A stretch of DNA of 64,000 nucleotides, taken from positions 15,066,001-15,130,000 of the forward strand of contig CM022669.1 in the NCBI GenBank assembly GCA_012295275.1, read 5' to 3'. The notes beneath the pieces are model-generated. The model was not told the DNA's origin. It did no database searches and saw nothing but the letters and a program-made list of their open reading frames with translations. The DNA comes from Chrysomallon squamiferum. Its lineage: Eukaryota; Animalia; Mollusca. Position numbers and translations under genes: made by a program. Within the stretch, counting starts at the first letter, position 1, and every line of letters begins with the position of its first letter. Positions 15,401 to 26,754 of the stretch are shown here, one piece after another.

Positions 15401-17706
15401 GTGCATGTGTGGGCATGTGTGTTTGCATGTATAATATATATAATGTATATATAAAATATATATATATATATGTGTGTTTTTCTCAGGAGAGTCAAGCCAC
15501 TACAGCTGCTCAGCCTGTAGGTTTCACAGCAGGTTTAAAAGGTGCTGAAGAGAGAATACAGAATTTGAGGCAGTCAGGACAGGTTGAAGCAAACACACCT
15601 GTGGTTTCCATAGAAGGATTTATTGTGGAAATGCTTACAGACAGGTTATAAACACTTTTACATTATTACATATTTCGTGTGTGTATATGTGTGCGTTATG
15701 TATGTATGCAGGAATGTTACAGGGAAGTCTGTGTGTTTATATATCATTTAAATTCTATATATTAAGATGACTTAATGTGTCCATAAAAATGCATACTATA
15801 CATACTATCAGAACAAATGAGCTTTCACTAACTATAGATATAATGTAGAACGACTATAAACTTTAATTTGATGTTTATTATAAGGATAATGTCTCTTTTC
15901 ACTATTTTATAAATCTCCTTTATGTGTTTATGTAAATTATTAATGTTTGGTTTATTTTTGTACCAGATGTTGATATATATTAAAATAAAATGTATTATAC
16001 ACTGTTCAGGCTATTAGATATTCATGTATGTGGATATATTTTAGATTAAAAACAAACAACATAGAAGTGTATATTTTCTGATGGAATACTTTCTATTTTG
16101 GACACTTAAAAGTCTACATTCATCTGGCTAAAATCAACCTCGCTTATAGTTTGACAGTATGATACCTGTCACAGTGATCTACCACTAGTTTAAATATACA
16201 TATAATTAAGAAAATACAGAATTACAAGCAGCATACATTGACACACACAGATACACAAAAAGTAATAAATAGCAATATGAAATAATTGGATCTGCATAAT
16301 ATGTATTGTAGTTAAGCACAGGTTAACATAGTAACACATTTTAATTTAATATATAATAATGGTTTGTATGTGTTTTTGTGTGTGTGTGCGTGTGTGTTCA
16401 TGCATGTTCATGTGTGCATGTGCATTAGTCTATATTGTACATGTTTTCATGCACTGTTAACCACATTTTGTATTACTTAAGAAAAACAGATACATAAATT
16501 AGTAAAATGTCTTCTTGTTATGTGCAGGTGGTATGAAATGAGCTGTATTGTTCTACAAGACCCTGGCCATAGAATAGAACTACAAACCTTCTCTCAGCCA
16601 ACACCTATACCAACAGAATACATTCTAATGGCACAGGACAAGACTCCGTCAACTTATCCACTGAGGTGGGTTCAACATCTTTCTAATCTGCTTTAAGTTG
16701 TAATCAGTTCATTCAGTATATATATCCTCCTTTACCACACATCCAAGCACTGATATAATTTTGTTTTCAGGTATTGTTAAGTTTTCATTCCTTTGTTGAT
16801 TCATTAAATTTTCAGTTTTGTCTGAATTAATTGTCTATTTATTTTAGATTAGCTGATTGTTGTATGACGACTCTCTTTGTAGTTCAGTGTTTCTGTTGAT
16901 TCTGGCTTCCAGTTAAAACATAATTAAATGGCAAAATAAATAATTTGATGGCTTCATTTAAACCAACTGTTATATATATTAAAACTGAAAACCCATAAAG
17001 AATTATTCTGTTGTGGGATGGCCAATCAAACTGCAGTAATACATATTTCATGTGATATTATTATTATTTTTATAATTATTACTATTTCTGTAGTGATAGT
17101 TTTGTTGTTGTTGTTAGTATTATTAATATTACTATTATTACTAGTACCGGTTGAAGATCCCTTATGTGTTAATCTCTGAAATCCAAAACTTTTTCTGAGA
17201 AGCCAAAATGGTGAAAAAAGTTATTAGATTTTTTTGCATATACAGACTAGAATTCATGAACAAAACTGTTAAAAATAATCCATAAAAAAAAATCCTGCAG
17301 ACTTGACTAAATAAGCTGTATATCAATGGGATTTGTGTTTAGACTTAGATCCAATTCTAGGGTGTTGTCCTTACATTCCAGAATCAAAATAATTCTGAGA
17401 TCCAAAATACTTAACCTCTCCCAATGTTTTTGATAAATGATGCTCATCCTGTACTTTTATTGTTATTCCATTTATAATTATTGTTGTTGGTCCAGTTATT
17501 ATTATTATTGTTAATATCATTGTTTTAGGTGGTCTGGTCTTGCTGCAACAATAGGACAAGTGATTGAGGAGGCTCAGCCTCACATTGGCCACACTGACTG
17601 GCAGAGTGTTATGGTTGGTGTAAATCGCAGAGAGTCGCTGATGCTTGCAGCCAAAGTCCTTGCCTACATGTACCAACAAAGACTGCCCACGTCATTCATT
17701 TCTTGA
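11034..17706 (+). CDS. PRRC1: Protein PRRC1 (proline-rich coiled-coil 1; C-terminal NTPase_I-T/YjjX-like domain), 10 coding exons, ~373 aa
   Basis: Hand-spliced exons, all GT-AG and phase-consistent: 11034-11121, 11472-11599, 12097-12131, 12552-12631, 12954-13105, 13312-13366, 14688-14797, 15487-15644, 16528-16665, 17529-17706 (1122 nt, TGA stop). The translation begins MMSESS and has an S/P/A/T-rich N-terminus. It then reads VEKTK|[87 protein letters not shown] and YMYQQRLP, colinear with vertebrate PRRC1. Confidence 0.95.
12333..12455. repeat. (AAT)n microsatellite
   Basis: Direct inspection. Confidence 0.9.
17147..17451. mobile_element. Tc1/mariner (Tigger/pogo-type) non-autonomous element (MITE) in the last PRRC1 intron
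   Basis: TA on both sides. Imperfect TIRs CCGGTTGAAGATCCCTTAT ... ATAAATGATGCTCATCCTG. Internal GAAATCCAAAACTTTTT and GTGTTTAGACTT segments resemble, from memory, Tigger4/MER46-like elements. Confidence 0.6.
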
Positions 17707-19862
17707 TACTTGTTGGAACTTACAAAGAGACTGACAGTTATATTTTTCTTGGATATCATCATTTGTTGATCTGAATTATATGAGTTCCCTTTCTACCTTA
17801 CCAGCTGAGGGTCTGTTTGGTTTGGAAATGTTTATTGTTATTAGATTTTTTTTTTTTTAATGATTTATTTACTGTATATTGTTTAAAATTAATTGCTGGT
17901 ATCATGCCAAGCAAATCATGTTACAAAAAAGAGTTTTGTTGAGTTGCTTGCTTGCAAGGGCATTTTATGCTGTTAATCTGAAAAACAAAGTATCTTTCTC
18001 TCCCAGTATATATATACATACACATATATATTCACTGATATTTTTCAGTTTTTATTGAATGAAATAAATAGTTTTCAGCTTAGTGTCAGCATTTAATCTA
18101 ATATTTTCTGGTTTTCTGTTTATCCTTAATCCTCAAAAGAGGTGTAAATACAAACAATGTAAATTTGTTTTTCCATATTTATAAACATTCATTACCATTT
18201 TGTTATACTAATATTAATTGCTATTTCTCCAGCATAAAGAAACTAATAAAAAGATAAGAAGAAAAAACATTTAAATTTTGCATTTTTTTTCTTCTTCAAT
18301 TTATTAAATATATTTAAATTATCATTTTTACAGAAATATTTTAAACTAATTGAGTTAATCCTTATTCAATGTTATTATTTTTGAAGTAATGTGGACATGC
18401 TTTGCAAGGATAATTTTGTTTTTCTTGCCAATTTGTGATTGCTGGTGTTTTCATTTTCCTTTTTTTTTTCTTTTTAAAAATGCTCACTAAAGATGTTTTC
18501 TAAAATTCTGCATATAAATAACCATTAAAATAATAGCAAGATATTGGCCACTTTAAAATATTCATTTACAGAGAACAATATTTTGGTATGCCTTTTTTTT
18601 TTTTTTGTGGTTTTGAAATGTTGCATAAATTTATAATTTGCAAACATACTAGTATTTAAAACATGTTTTGAAAGTAAATTTAAAAATGCCACAAAAAAAA
18701 AAATGTGTGTGTATATTATATATATTTGGTTAACTAAAATATCTTCAAGTTTGCCATCTATGTGCCTATGTAGTATCGCATTTCAGCATCAACTGTAGAT
18801 CTTAATTCAGAGCTTCAAGAAACAAATACTCTGTTAAAATGCGAAATTTTACAGCAAACAAATGCACACATCTCACTCGTAAATATGCAAAGTTAACTGC
18901 ATGGAAAACTTATCTGGGATATAAATTCAGGTGTTGGCATTTCAGATGTTATGCATAATATTTTTATATGTGATGTAAGTAGATATGTGTTCTTTATTAC
19001 AGTATGTTGAGGGTAATGACTTTTAAAATAATATTCTTAGTGCAGAAAAAACAAAAAAAACATAATAAATGCACGCAAATTAATTGCATAATATGTGTCA
19101 TCATCAGTATTCAGTGAGGTGCTAGAAATGAAAAAAAGTAAAAAAAAAAAGTTTTGTGCTGTAATTAGGTTAGAAATCCAGTTTTCTTTTGTTTGTACAT
19201 AATGTTAGGATATGGACACTCATTTTTGTGGCATGAATTTTAAAATGGGCCAAATTTTAAATTGCCAATTTTTATGAAATTCTTTGGAGAATATTTCCAA
19301 CCCACCCACTCTTTTTTTTTTCTTTTTTTTGGCTTTAAATAAATTTGAAATAAGTTAGAAAGTTATTAATTTTAGAAAGAAACATTTAATTTTTAAATTT
19401 CTTTTTTTTAAGTTTTCATAAAAGTCATTATTTGCTAATTTTAATTGGGAAACCGTTGCCTTCATTGTAACTTAAATATTTCTTATTAACAGTAATGGTA
19501 TTATGTAGGTTTTGTGTTTAGCAAATACTGTTTAAGTGAAAATCCTTTTCTAACTATATTCTGTAAATGTGTTACATTTTCAGATATACTGAGTTTATGT
19601 AAATATTTTGTTGGTAAACAAATGTAGGTAATGTTGATGTTTATTTTGTAATATTCAAAGGTTTTCCTCTTCAGTTGTTGCTTATTCATTGCAACTTTTA
19701 AGTAAAATGGGTGCACATAACTGTTTGTAGATAGTATAATAATATAAGTTATGACTCTCTGGTGATATGGCTCTTTGCAGTTATTATTCCAAACTTGTAA
19801 ATAAATGTTATTATTCATAACTTGTTTTTGTTATATATTTTAATAAGTTCTGTTAGTGGTTG

Positions 19863-19912
<50 letters not shown>

Positions 19913-20617
19913 CTGGGCAATTTTGTGACTTTTGATGGCAGTTAGACTTATGTAACAATTCTGTTTGCAATTAGTTTTATACTCTGAATACCATATGTAT
20001 CATTTGATGTTGAACAGAATGATGTCTGATACGAAAACAACATAACATTCTTATCCAAATGTGTTGTTTTGGACTTAGGAAAATATTGCGAGTTATTTCC
20101 CTTGAATTCAACAAAATGTCGAGAAAACGCACATCTGAAAAATATCAGGCGAAAAACAAGCTACCAACAGAAATTGTGACTTAGGGGTGTATGTGTTTGT
20201 ATGTGGAAAGAGAGAGTGACAATTACTTTTTGTTTTATAGCACAAAAGAAAAAAAATTGCAATAAAATAAAATAAATAATATATCTAATTAATTCACTTC
20301 TGTGTGACGAAAATGAAATCATGATGAAAAAAAAAAAAAAAACCCAAAGAACCCGAAGAAACCTGATGCTTAGGAGAGTGAAACACGCTATAGACCCCCA
20401 TTAAGAAATATTTGGTAATATGGTGCATTGACAGCTATTTCGAACCTCTTTACATTATATTCTATGTCAATACAATGAATATAGAGATAAAACATTTTCT
20501 GCAAAAATGACAAAAAAATTAATGGGTATGTATATTTTGCTCTATATAATATATACATAAAAAAGATGAGTCAATATTAATTTACCATACACATACGGCA
20601 GGTCTCTCAACATGTCT

Positions 20618-20651
<34 letters not shown>

Positions 20652-20960
20652 CTTTTCACACATGATGAAAGGGGTAGCCACTATTGTTTGTGGCTGTCAT
20701 AGTTCACGTATCTTGTTTTGTTATATTTCATTGAACACCAACACCCACACAACCACACGCAAATAACTGTAATCAGATAATTATTTTCAAGAAAAAGAAT
20801 CCTCCAGCATGTGTACTGCTGAAACTATTTCTGTTATTGCTACTACTACCTACTAATAGCACCACTATTAGAATAAGACGACGAGGAAAAGTAAATACAT
20901 AAATAAATAAATAAAAAAATTAATTTGGTTACATTTCTATAAACTTTAAGAAAAGAAAAC

Positions 20961-21028
<68 letters not shown>

Positions 21029-21030
21029 TC

Positions 21031-21444
21031 CGAAAACCACAAAAGAAACCGATGTGACAGAGCACAGCCTTCCTACAGCCTTACTGTTATGTTTTTCTTA
21101 AGTGAAAAATATTTCTCCAATTTGCGAAACATTAAGACGGTAGGAGACCAATTTGCTGATCGTGGCGGGATTTTCGCATGTTTAGTCTGCTCAATATACT
21201 AAGTTCATCACGAGCTGTTTTCTTTAATGTGACCCCCCGCCATCGTTAACAGCAGACGACCGTCTATGGGGCTTCATTATTTCAGCGTAATGGATTACTT
21301 TAAACAAATGACTTTATGAGAACAATTAATTATGCTGCAGCACATTTATAGTGTGGGAGAGTTCGATTATGATTTTAAGTATAAAATGCAAACAGCGATA
21401 TCGACAATGCATTCTGTAGCATTGCCGTCCATTAGACGACACAG
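21031..21444 (+). promoter_or_regulatory. Promoter and non-coding exon 1 of peptide precursor copy A
   Basis: TATAAAA at 21380-21386. Short exon ~21411-21444 with donor CAG|GTAGGT. Intron runs to acceptor TTTTGTTTCAG at 23081, 7 nt before the ATG. The block is homologous to the reverse complement of 29210-29586. Confidence 0.7.
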
Positions 21445-21488
21445 GTAGGTGATCGTTTCTAACATCAGAATATTATTTAAGGAATAGA

Positions 21489-21645
21489 ATTACTTTGCAT
21501 GTATACATAAATATTACTTATATAAGATTACTTTGCGTATATACATAAATATTACGATATACGATTACTTTGCGTATATACATAAATATTACGATATACG
21601 ATTACTTTGCATATGTACATAAATATTACGATATAAGATTACTTT
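21489..21645. repeat. Minisatellite, 37-bp unit x ~4.2, in the intron of copy A
   Basis: ATTACTTTGCGTATATACATAAATATTACGATATACG units start at 21489, 21527, 21564, 21601 and 21638. It is not tandem in copy B. Confidence 0.9.
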
Positions 21646-22269
21646 AAATGTTGTGACTATTGTTATTAAATATGAATAAAATAAAACAGATAAATATTTG
21701 TTTCATTTCATTTAGTTTCATTTTCAACGATACAGCTTATTTTTTGACAAAAAATATTGTATTAGTTCAAATTTTTCAATTTTCGCTCTTAAGATGTGTT
21801 CAGTAACTTTAAAAGACTCTTTCTAATAAACTCAATCCGTGTAAAATACAGATCGTGATTTTTGCACCCGATGTATAGCTTTAAACAATAAATTTTAAAA
21901 TAATGACCAATAGTAGTGATAATCTGCGTAAACAGCACTAAACAAATCTCGAAGGCGAAAAAGGAAACAATAAAAAATCTTTGTGGAAAAAAAATAATTA
22001 TAAAGTAAAAGATTCTGTTTTCCTTCTTAGAATTATTATCTCCTTAAAATTATGAATATTATTTTTTTTTAATATTATTATTTTTTTATTACAATGAAAA
22101 TTAAAAGTAACATTATCGTATTATTTTACAAACTGAGCTATCTTTAGACATTTCAGAAAATTTAGATGCTATAAACTGAATGAATTACAAGAACACTTGT
22201 TTTTTGTTTAGCATAATAGTAATGTTTTTGTAAGGTTGTTGCAGTAAATATACGATGGTTATAATGAAA

Positions 22270-22332
<63 letters not shown>

Positions 22333-23088
22333 AATAATCAATAAATAAATAATAATTCAGTCAGCTACCAGTCTGCGTGTAAATGGTTTCAGGACCTCAA
22401 GCGAACATGTAACAAAAGCGAATACTGAGGATATTAAATTTTACACAATACAATAAATTCCATTTAGTCTGTGAACCAGACCACTAAATGTGGAGCTTGA
22501 GTACCAGATAACTGAATAGATGTAATGTGAGTTTTCAATTAGTATGCTGTTTGATGTATACAAAATCAGCTAATGGATGTTTCAGACTGGAAGCTTTGTG
22601 TCCTTTCAGGGACAGAGTTCAAAAAGATTCTTCAAATTTTTAACAGAGACCGGTCAAATAACTATGCTCGGATTTCATCTATAATGTCTATAAAACCAAC
22701 AATTTCATGAATACTGAGTGTATAAATCGCTGCATAATAACATGAACAGATTTGTGTATATATTTTGAATACAGAAGAACCCCATCTGAAAACTGTAAAT
22801 AGTTTATATTGTGTCTAATACCAGCTTTTGCTAAGTCGGCTGTTTGCGCCCCATATAAAAATGTTAAAAATTTCACCATACACTTATTCTGTAAAGCCTC
22901 TCGAACAATGATAACTGCAATAGAATGAAGCAAGCAAACAAAATATTAAATATACAACCAATGAATCTAGAAAAAAAAAGACTCCAATAATCAGACTTAA
23001 TTATTTTCTAAATTAAACTAAACTAAATTTGAGAATATAACGAATTCAAACTTTTCTAATCTAGAGGTCATTTTGTTTCAGAACAGCC

Positions 23089-23541
23089 ATGAATTCACTT
23101 GTGATCTTCGTAGGAATTCTACACCTTCTTTTCCCTCTCGTCCTAACGACCATGTTCCAGGAGGAACTGTCTGACAAGTACTGGCCGTCGAAACGGAGCG
23201 AAGATTCGGGAAGTGATATCATTCCGTCAGTTTCAAAACGATCTTGTGGGTGTTGCATTCATTCTAGAGGAGCCAATACTTTTTGCTGTACTTTGTGTTA
23301 CATGGACACGAAGCGATCCACCGACCCTCACGCCGTGGGCGACAGGTACTCTGCTGTCTCAGACCACAGCAACAACAACAACAATTACAACAAAAACGAT
23401 AATGACAATAACAATTACAACAACAACAACAACGGTGAAGATGTTAATCTGATGTCGAAGCGATTTGATGCCAGCTGTTTCTGCTGTAACGTATCGGGAA
23501 GAAAATCTTGTTGTTCAAAGTGCAAACGTTACATCAAATAA
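23089..23541 (+). CDS. Secreted cysteine-rich prepropeptide (neuropeptide/toxin/AMP-like), copy A, 150 aa
   Basis: Single coding exon with GCCATG context. Hydrophobic signal MNSLVIFVGILHLLFPLVLT. KR sites at 35-36, 50-51, 75-76, 124-125 and 146-147. Peptides SCGCCIHSRGANTFCCTLCYMDT and FDASCFCCNVSGRKSCCSKC are separated by acidic/Asn-rich spacers. An intact paralogue lies on the opposite strand. Confidence 0.88.
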   Translation: MNSLVIFVGILHLLFPLVLTTMFQEELSDKYWPSKRSEDSGSDIIPSVSKRSCGCCIHSRGANTFCCTLCYMDTKRSTDPHAVGDRYSAVSDHSNNNNNYNKNDNDNNNYNNNNNGEDVNLMSKRFDASCFCCNVSGRKSCCSKCKRYIK

Positions 23542-24314
23542 ACTGGACATTTCAGTCAAACCTTTGCAGTATCAAACATTTGTTGTCAGAGAATGTTCAA
23601 ACAGCCTGAATATTAAAATTAATAATACAACTACAGCTATTACTCTGTTGATATTTATTATAATTAGGATTGCCATTACTACTTCTATTACTATTACTAT
23701 TGCTACTGCAACTGCTACTGCTACAGCTACTGCTATTACAACTACTACTACTATTACTACTACTACACTTCAACATTACAACCACCAATACTGTTAAAAC
23801 ATTTTTTTATAAAGAAAATCAGGTAACATTACTACTACTACACTAATTACAAACAACATCGTGTATTAATAGTATATAAACACAATGTCTGCAATTATTT
23901 TCTGTCATTTTGAACATGAAATTACGCAGTTTATATATTTATTTTAAGAAAAGGGGGGGAATCAAGTAAGACTGATTGTTCATTTGTTCTTTGTTCTAAC
24001 TTGGCATCCTTGTTAACAAAACATAGTGTATCTAAATATATATATAACCACAAAACACTGTAAAATATATAAAGGAGTATGTCATATAGTTACTAAAAAG
24101 AACAACAAACAGTGTCGGATTTCGAATGACATAACAACTTGCATAAAGAACCTTTTCTTACGTTTAATTTTCATTAAACTGCTACCTAATGAATTAAGAT
24201 ATGAATTATGGCATATCGTATATTTTATATTTTATATAACTTTCACTTCACTTTGTTAAAAAAAAAAAAATGAGTTGTTTGAAAAGCTGATAAATTTATA
24301 TTTAAGGTCTGTTA

Positions 24315-24339
24315 ATGTGTAAACTGGAAATAAATATCT
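24315..24339 (+). terminator. Probable polyadenylation signal of copy A
   Basis: ATGTGTAAACTGGAAATAAATATCT (TGTA plus AATAAA at 24329-24334) is identical, inverted, at 26567-26591, although the surrounding 3' sequence has diverged. A T/GT-rich tract lies downstream in both copies. Confidence 0.55.
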
Positions 24340-24734
24340 GTTACACAAATAATTTTTGTTTCCTTTCAACATTTATGTGTGTGTGTCATATATGTTTATA
24401 TGTGGTATTGTATGATATCTGTGGATATGTGTGTGTCTGTATGAATATCTGTGTTTATATTGCCTATTGTGTATTTGTTTATTTGTATATTTGTAACTAC
24501 GTATGTGTAGATGCATGGATGCACTATCGTAGTTATATAAATGAAGATAAAACTTGGTTGTTATCAGATGGAACGAAGGACACTATGAAACCTTACTTAA
24601 ATTAGAAATGTTTGAATTTAATACTTAATTTAAATGTTAATTATTTCTGATTCAAGAGAAATTGCAAATCTACTCATGGGATCGACTTAAACAGACTGCG
24701 AAACACCCCCCCGCCCATGAGAGACAAACAAAAA

Positions 24735-25000
24735 GAGAGAGAGAGAGAGAGAGAAAGAGTTATGTGAACGAATTTAGACTAGATTTCGCTAAATCTGTTA
24801 AACATTTTATTATGATCAGTTTTTATCTCATAATGGAATCTATGAGTTTTGACAAAACCCCCCTGGTGACTGCTGAAACACGGGAGTGGTCACTTAGTTA
24901 ATAATAATCATAACTGAACAACACGAAAGTAAGAACAAATGCCAGTCTCTGTGACCAAACGAGTCTCGCGTGATTTCAGCGCTTGTGGTGATTATTTTAG
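24735..25000 (+). repeat. Dispersed repeat, copy 1 (second copy at ~36675-36955)
   Basis: Both copies follow a (GA)n tract and share ATGGAATCT...CTGGTGACTGCTGAAACA...TGGTCACTTAGTTAATAAT...GAACAAC...AATGCCA in the same orientation. Confidence 0.75.
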
Positions 25001-25918
25001 TTGCGCTGGAACGAGGCAACTTTCAGCAGTTCCCGCGAGCTTCAACAGAAAAGACTGTTTGCTGATCGAGACATTCCACGTCGTTAATCGCTTTCCCAGG
25101 TTTGTGATTAGAACGACAAATTCTTACTAAAGCCGGTTGCACTGACTCTTGTCACTGACTGAATGGTCACAGTTTGGTAGCTGTCTGTTTCATGTTTCGT
25201 TTTGTTGACTAATTGTTTTTATCAGTGCTCTATCATATTTTGACTTCGCGTTTTTTATCAGTGACATCGTATTTCTTAACAGTGACAAAGACTTTATTCT
25301 CATAACCTGTAGTATTACAGTACAGAGAAGAATACATCCTTATTTTCTGTATGAGCTGTATTTCATATATAAACTGCATTTAACACTTCTAAACTGATAT
25401 TGCCTTATTTGATGTTGTCTGTAATCCATGCGATTCTTGGACAAACTTAATTTAGATTTTGGCCTAATTAAAAACTACTGGAGATATTCATTTCAAATTT
25501 CGGCCAATAACGGAAAATATCCATGCCTCTTTAATCATGTAAATAGGTAGTAAGTTTCAAAATATAGTTCTTGCGATGTCTTTTAAAGTTCATTACCGTT
25601 ATGTAGGCTCATTCGATATAAATAGATAATGAGTTATCCACATAAAAAACAACAACAGTTGAAGCCAAGGTAAACTATTTGAAATAATTACCAGAATAGA
25701 ACAATGACAGTGTCAAGAATATTAATTAAACTATAAGAAATTACAATAAAGGGCAATGTCGTTTTTAACATTTCAATTGTTTATTTATATAAGACTGAAA
25801 TACAAATAGGGTATGTTACTGATATACTGAATAATGTGTTACTCTTTAAATGTTTCAGCTTCAAGCTGATTAGAATTATGATGAAACTGGACAACTGATT
25901 TTTGTTCATCTGCATTAC

Positions 25919-25977
<59 letters not shown>

Positions 25978-26566
25978 ATACAATCAAGTATATATGTTGA
26001 TCAAGGACAAACATGACTGTGGGCGTGCCTTTATATAAACATATTTTATTTATTTATTTGTTGTTTTTAAAATGATTATTTTATTTATTTATTTGTTGTT
26101 TTTAAAATGATTATTTTATTTTGTAAATTCTGAAACAGATACATTTTAGTCAGTTGAAATTGTGTTTATTTTCTTTTATTTTAATACTGATATCATCAGA
26201 ATTTATTATGAATTAAAACGATAAAAATTATTATTATTGTTTTATTTTTTAAATGAAATATATCAGACATGCACACATTCATATGCGACACAGTCTCACA
26301 ACACCAGAATTCACTTTGTTACTGGTTGAATGCAGGAATGAATTAGTAAAATGACATTTTTAATGAAATGCAAGAAACAAAATTTCATCTTTTTTTTTTC
26401 GCCCAGTTTATCATTTAATTTTATATAAAATATCGGTATGACTGTTTGAATATAACATATTATTATATCCGTATAACAAATAAACACATCCATCCACCAA
26501 CACACGCACGCACGTGCATGCTGAAAGAACAAACATCAGTAGTATCAGAAAATACCATCTATACTA

Positions 26567-26591
26567 AGATATTTATTTCCAGTTTACACAT
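26567..26591 (-). terminator. Probable polyadenylation signal of copy B
   Basis: Exact reverse complement of 24315-24339, containing AATAAA, followed on the minus strand by TTTGTTCTTT and GT-rich sequence. Confidence 0.55.
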
Positions 26592-26681
26592 CGATTAAGG
26601 TTAAATACAAATCAGAAGATAATATAATCACTTCTCAGCTTTTGAAATGGCATGAACTTAGTGAAGTGAAAGTTAAATATA

Positions 26682-26754
<73 letters not shown>

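Noticed and set aside
21489-21645. 37-bp repeats resembling a CRISPR array
   Set aside because: The units are contiguous with no unique spacers, the context is a eukaryotic intron, and there are no cas genes.
23061-23258. Antisense 65-aa ORF identical in both copies (also 27965-28162), and alternative-frame ORFs 23213-23452 / 27762-28010
   Set aside because: These are shadows of the real precursor ORF. Their identity follows from the near-identical DNA tract.
23242-23523. Calling the peptides hepcidin, insulin-like, metallothionein or conotoxin
   Set aside because: Cys number and spacing do not match hepcidin (8 Cys) or insulin chains, and metallothioneins lack signal peptides. Nothing links the organism to cone snails. 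No gene symbol was assigned.
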